A DNA stretch of 6,187 nucleotides from Candidatus Helarchaeota ASGARD archaeon Hel_GB_B (GTDB lineage Archaea > Asgardarchaeota > Lokiarchaeia > Helarchaeales > HEL-GB-B). The notes under the pieces were generated by a model, which searched no databases, was not told where the DNA came from, and saw nothing but the letters and a program-made list of their open reading frames with translations. The position numbers and the translations under genes are program-made. Below are positions 5,344 through 6,187 of this stretch, piece by piece (position 1 is the stretch's first letter; the number at the start of each line of letters is the position of its first letter). The stretch is taken from positions 1 to 6,187 of the forward strand of contig SUPR01000158.1 of the NCBI GenBank assembly GCA_005191425.1. Direction: 5' to 3'.

Positions 5344-6187
5344 CTATTTTTTATATTTATTAATAATATCAGAAAATACTTCTATTACATATTTTAAATT
5401 ATCCCATGATTGACCATATGTGGATAATTTAATTGATTTTGTCAATCCTGGTTGAACTCCCCAAATTTTATGTTTTCTCAGTTCTTCATATAAAAAGAAT
5501 CCTTTTCTTGGGTGTGATTTACTAATTTCATAAAAAACTTGAGTAGAAAATCTCATAAGATCATGTTGATGAGGTTTCTGTCCTTCTTGAATGATGCCTT
5601 CAAAATTTTCAAGCTCCTTACTAAAATATTGAGCTTTTTTAACTTCTTCATCCCATTTTTTAACTCTTTCAACTACATACGGGAATGCAGCCATTATTCC
5701 CATAGTAATTACACCTGGTAATGTACATCCTAATATTTCTATTTCTTTAGAATGAAATGTTCTTTTACTCCATACACCTTCAATTTCTGACCGTTTAAAG
5801 ATAATATCTGAATAAGGAGAATTTGCTAAAAGTAAGCCACTTGGTGCAGGTGAAGCAAATGATTTATGTAATGAAGCTGTCATAATATCAATTCCAAGAT
5901 CTTTACCTGAAATAGGCATTCTACCAATTGTATAAGCACCATTTACCATGAATGGAATTTCATTTTCATGAGCAATTTTACTTACTTCTTTAACATCTGC
6001 CATATTTCCATAATTATAGTCAACATGAGTTAAAAATATAATCTTTGGTTTTTTGCCATATTTTGATTTAGATTCTGAAATTAAGTCATTTATTTTCTCA
6101 TAATCTAATTTATATTCTGGAGCTCCTGAATGAGGAATTTCAAAAAAATTTAATCTTGCTCTTTCTATACATAAATATGTTGTATAA
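5344..6187 (-). CDS. pscS: O-phospho-L-seryl-tRNA:Cys-tRNA synthase (SepCysS), partial, 5' end outside window
   Basis: The frame is open upstream of the track's ATG 6003 to the window edge, adding YTTYLCIERARLNFFEIPHSGAPEYKLDYEKINDLISESKSKYGKKPKIIFLTHVDYNYGN. SepCysS motifs: THVDYNYGN, VNGAYTIGRMP, PLP-lysine S.HKS (K codon 5863-5865), KEIEILGCT (conserved Cys 5725-5727), FPYVVERVKKWDEEVKKA, PHQHDL, FFLYEEL, PGLTK..KLSTYG. Stop is TAG at 5344-5346. Confidence 0.95.
   Translation of the reverse strand, partial: YTTYLCIERARLNFFEIPHSGAPEYKLDYEKINDLISESKSKYGKKPKIIFLTHVDYNYGNMADVKEVSKIAHENEIPFMVNGAYTIGRMPISGKDLGIDIMTASLHKSFASPAPSGLLLANSPYSDIIFKRSEIEGVWSKRTFHSKEIEILGCTLPGVITMGIMAAFPYVVERVKKWDEEVKKAQYFSKELENFEGIIQEGQKPHQHDLMRFSTQVFYEISKSHPRKGFFLYEELRKHKIWGVQPGLTKSIKLSTYGQSWDNLKYVIEVFSDIINKYKK

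Noticed and set aside
487-5346. Stop-codon recoding (Sec/Pyl): no TGA among the six visible stops, and a TAG on pscS
   Set aside because: TAA dominance is expected at low GC and the sample is tiny. The pscS TAG is at the normal C-terminus and is followed by TAA two codons later. There is no in-frame TGA in any gene.
5539-5721. 60-aa + strand ORF from the track
   Set aside because: It is antisense within pscS with Phe/Ser-biased composition typical of a shadow frame.
6001-6003. ATG 6003 as the pscS start
   Set aside because: The frame stays open and SepCysS-like (THVDYNYGN etc.) up to the window edge, so this is an internal Met.

Overview
AT-rich archaeal-type window of metabolic and housekeeping genes (GGTGA/AGGTGA Shine-Dalgarno motifs, TTG starts, intergenic DNA about 90% AT). 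Left to right: (-) the 5' part of an ADP-forming acyl-CoA/acetate-CoA ligase alpha-type gene running off the left edge, which the ORF track misses; (-) a 135-aa protein with about 4 TM helices, lying 19 nt downstream of (-) a complete methanogen-like heterodisulfide reductase subunit A (hdrA, probable true start TTG at 2899) with no hdrBC/mvh genes beside it; a ~440-bp divergent spacer; (+) a single-domain Get3/TRC40-type ArsA-family ATPase; a head-to-head pair of YjbQ/UPF0047 genes that appear to belong to two different sequence types; and (-) the 3' ~280 codons of Sep-tRNA:Cys-tRNA synthase (pscS), whose frame is open to the right edge. The gene mix suggests an anaerobic archaeon, possibly Asgard, but this is inference only. 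I found no RNA genes, CRISPR arrays or mobile elements. The most unusual items are the divergent dissimilar yjbQ pair, the orphan hdrA + membrane-protein unit, and a hairpin over the hdrA start codon. All functional interpretations of these are hypotheses.
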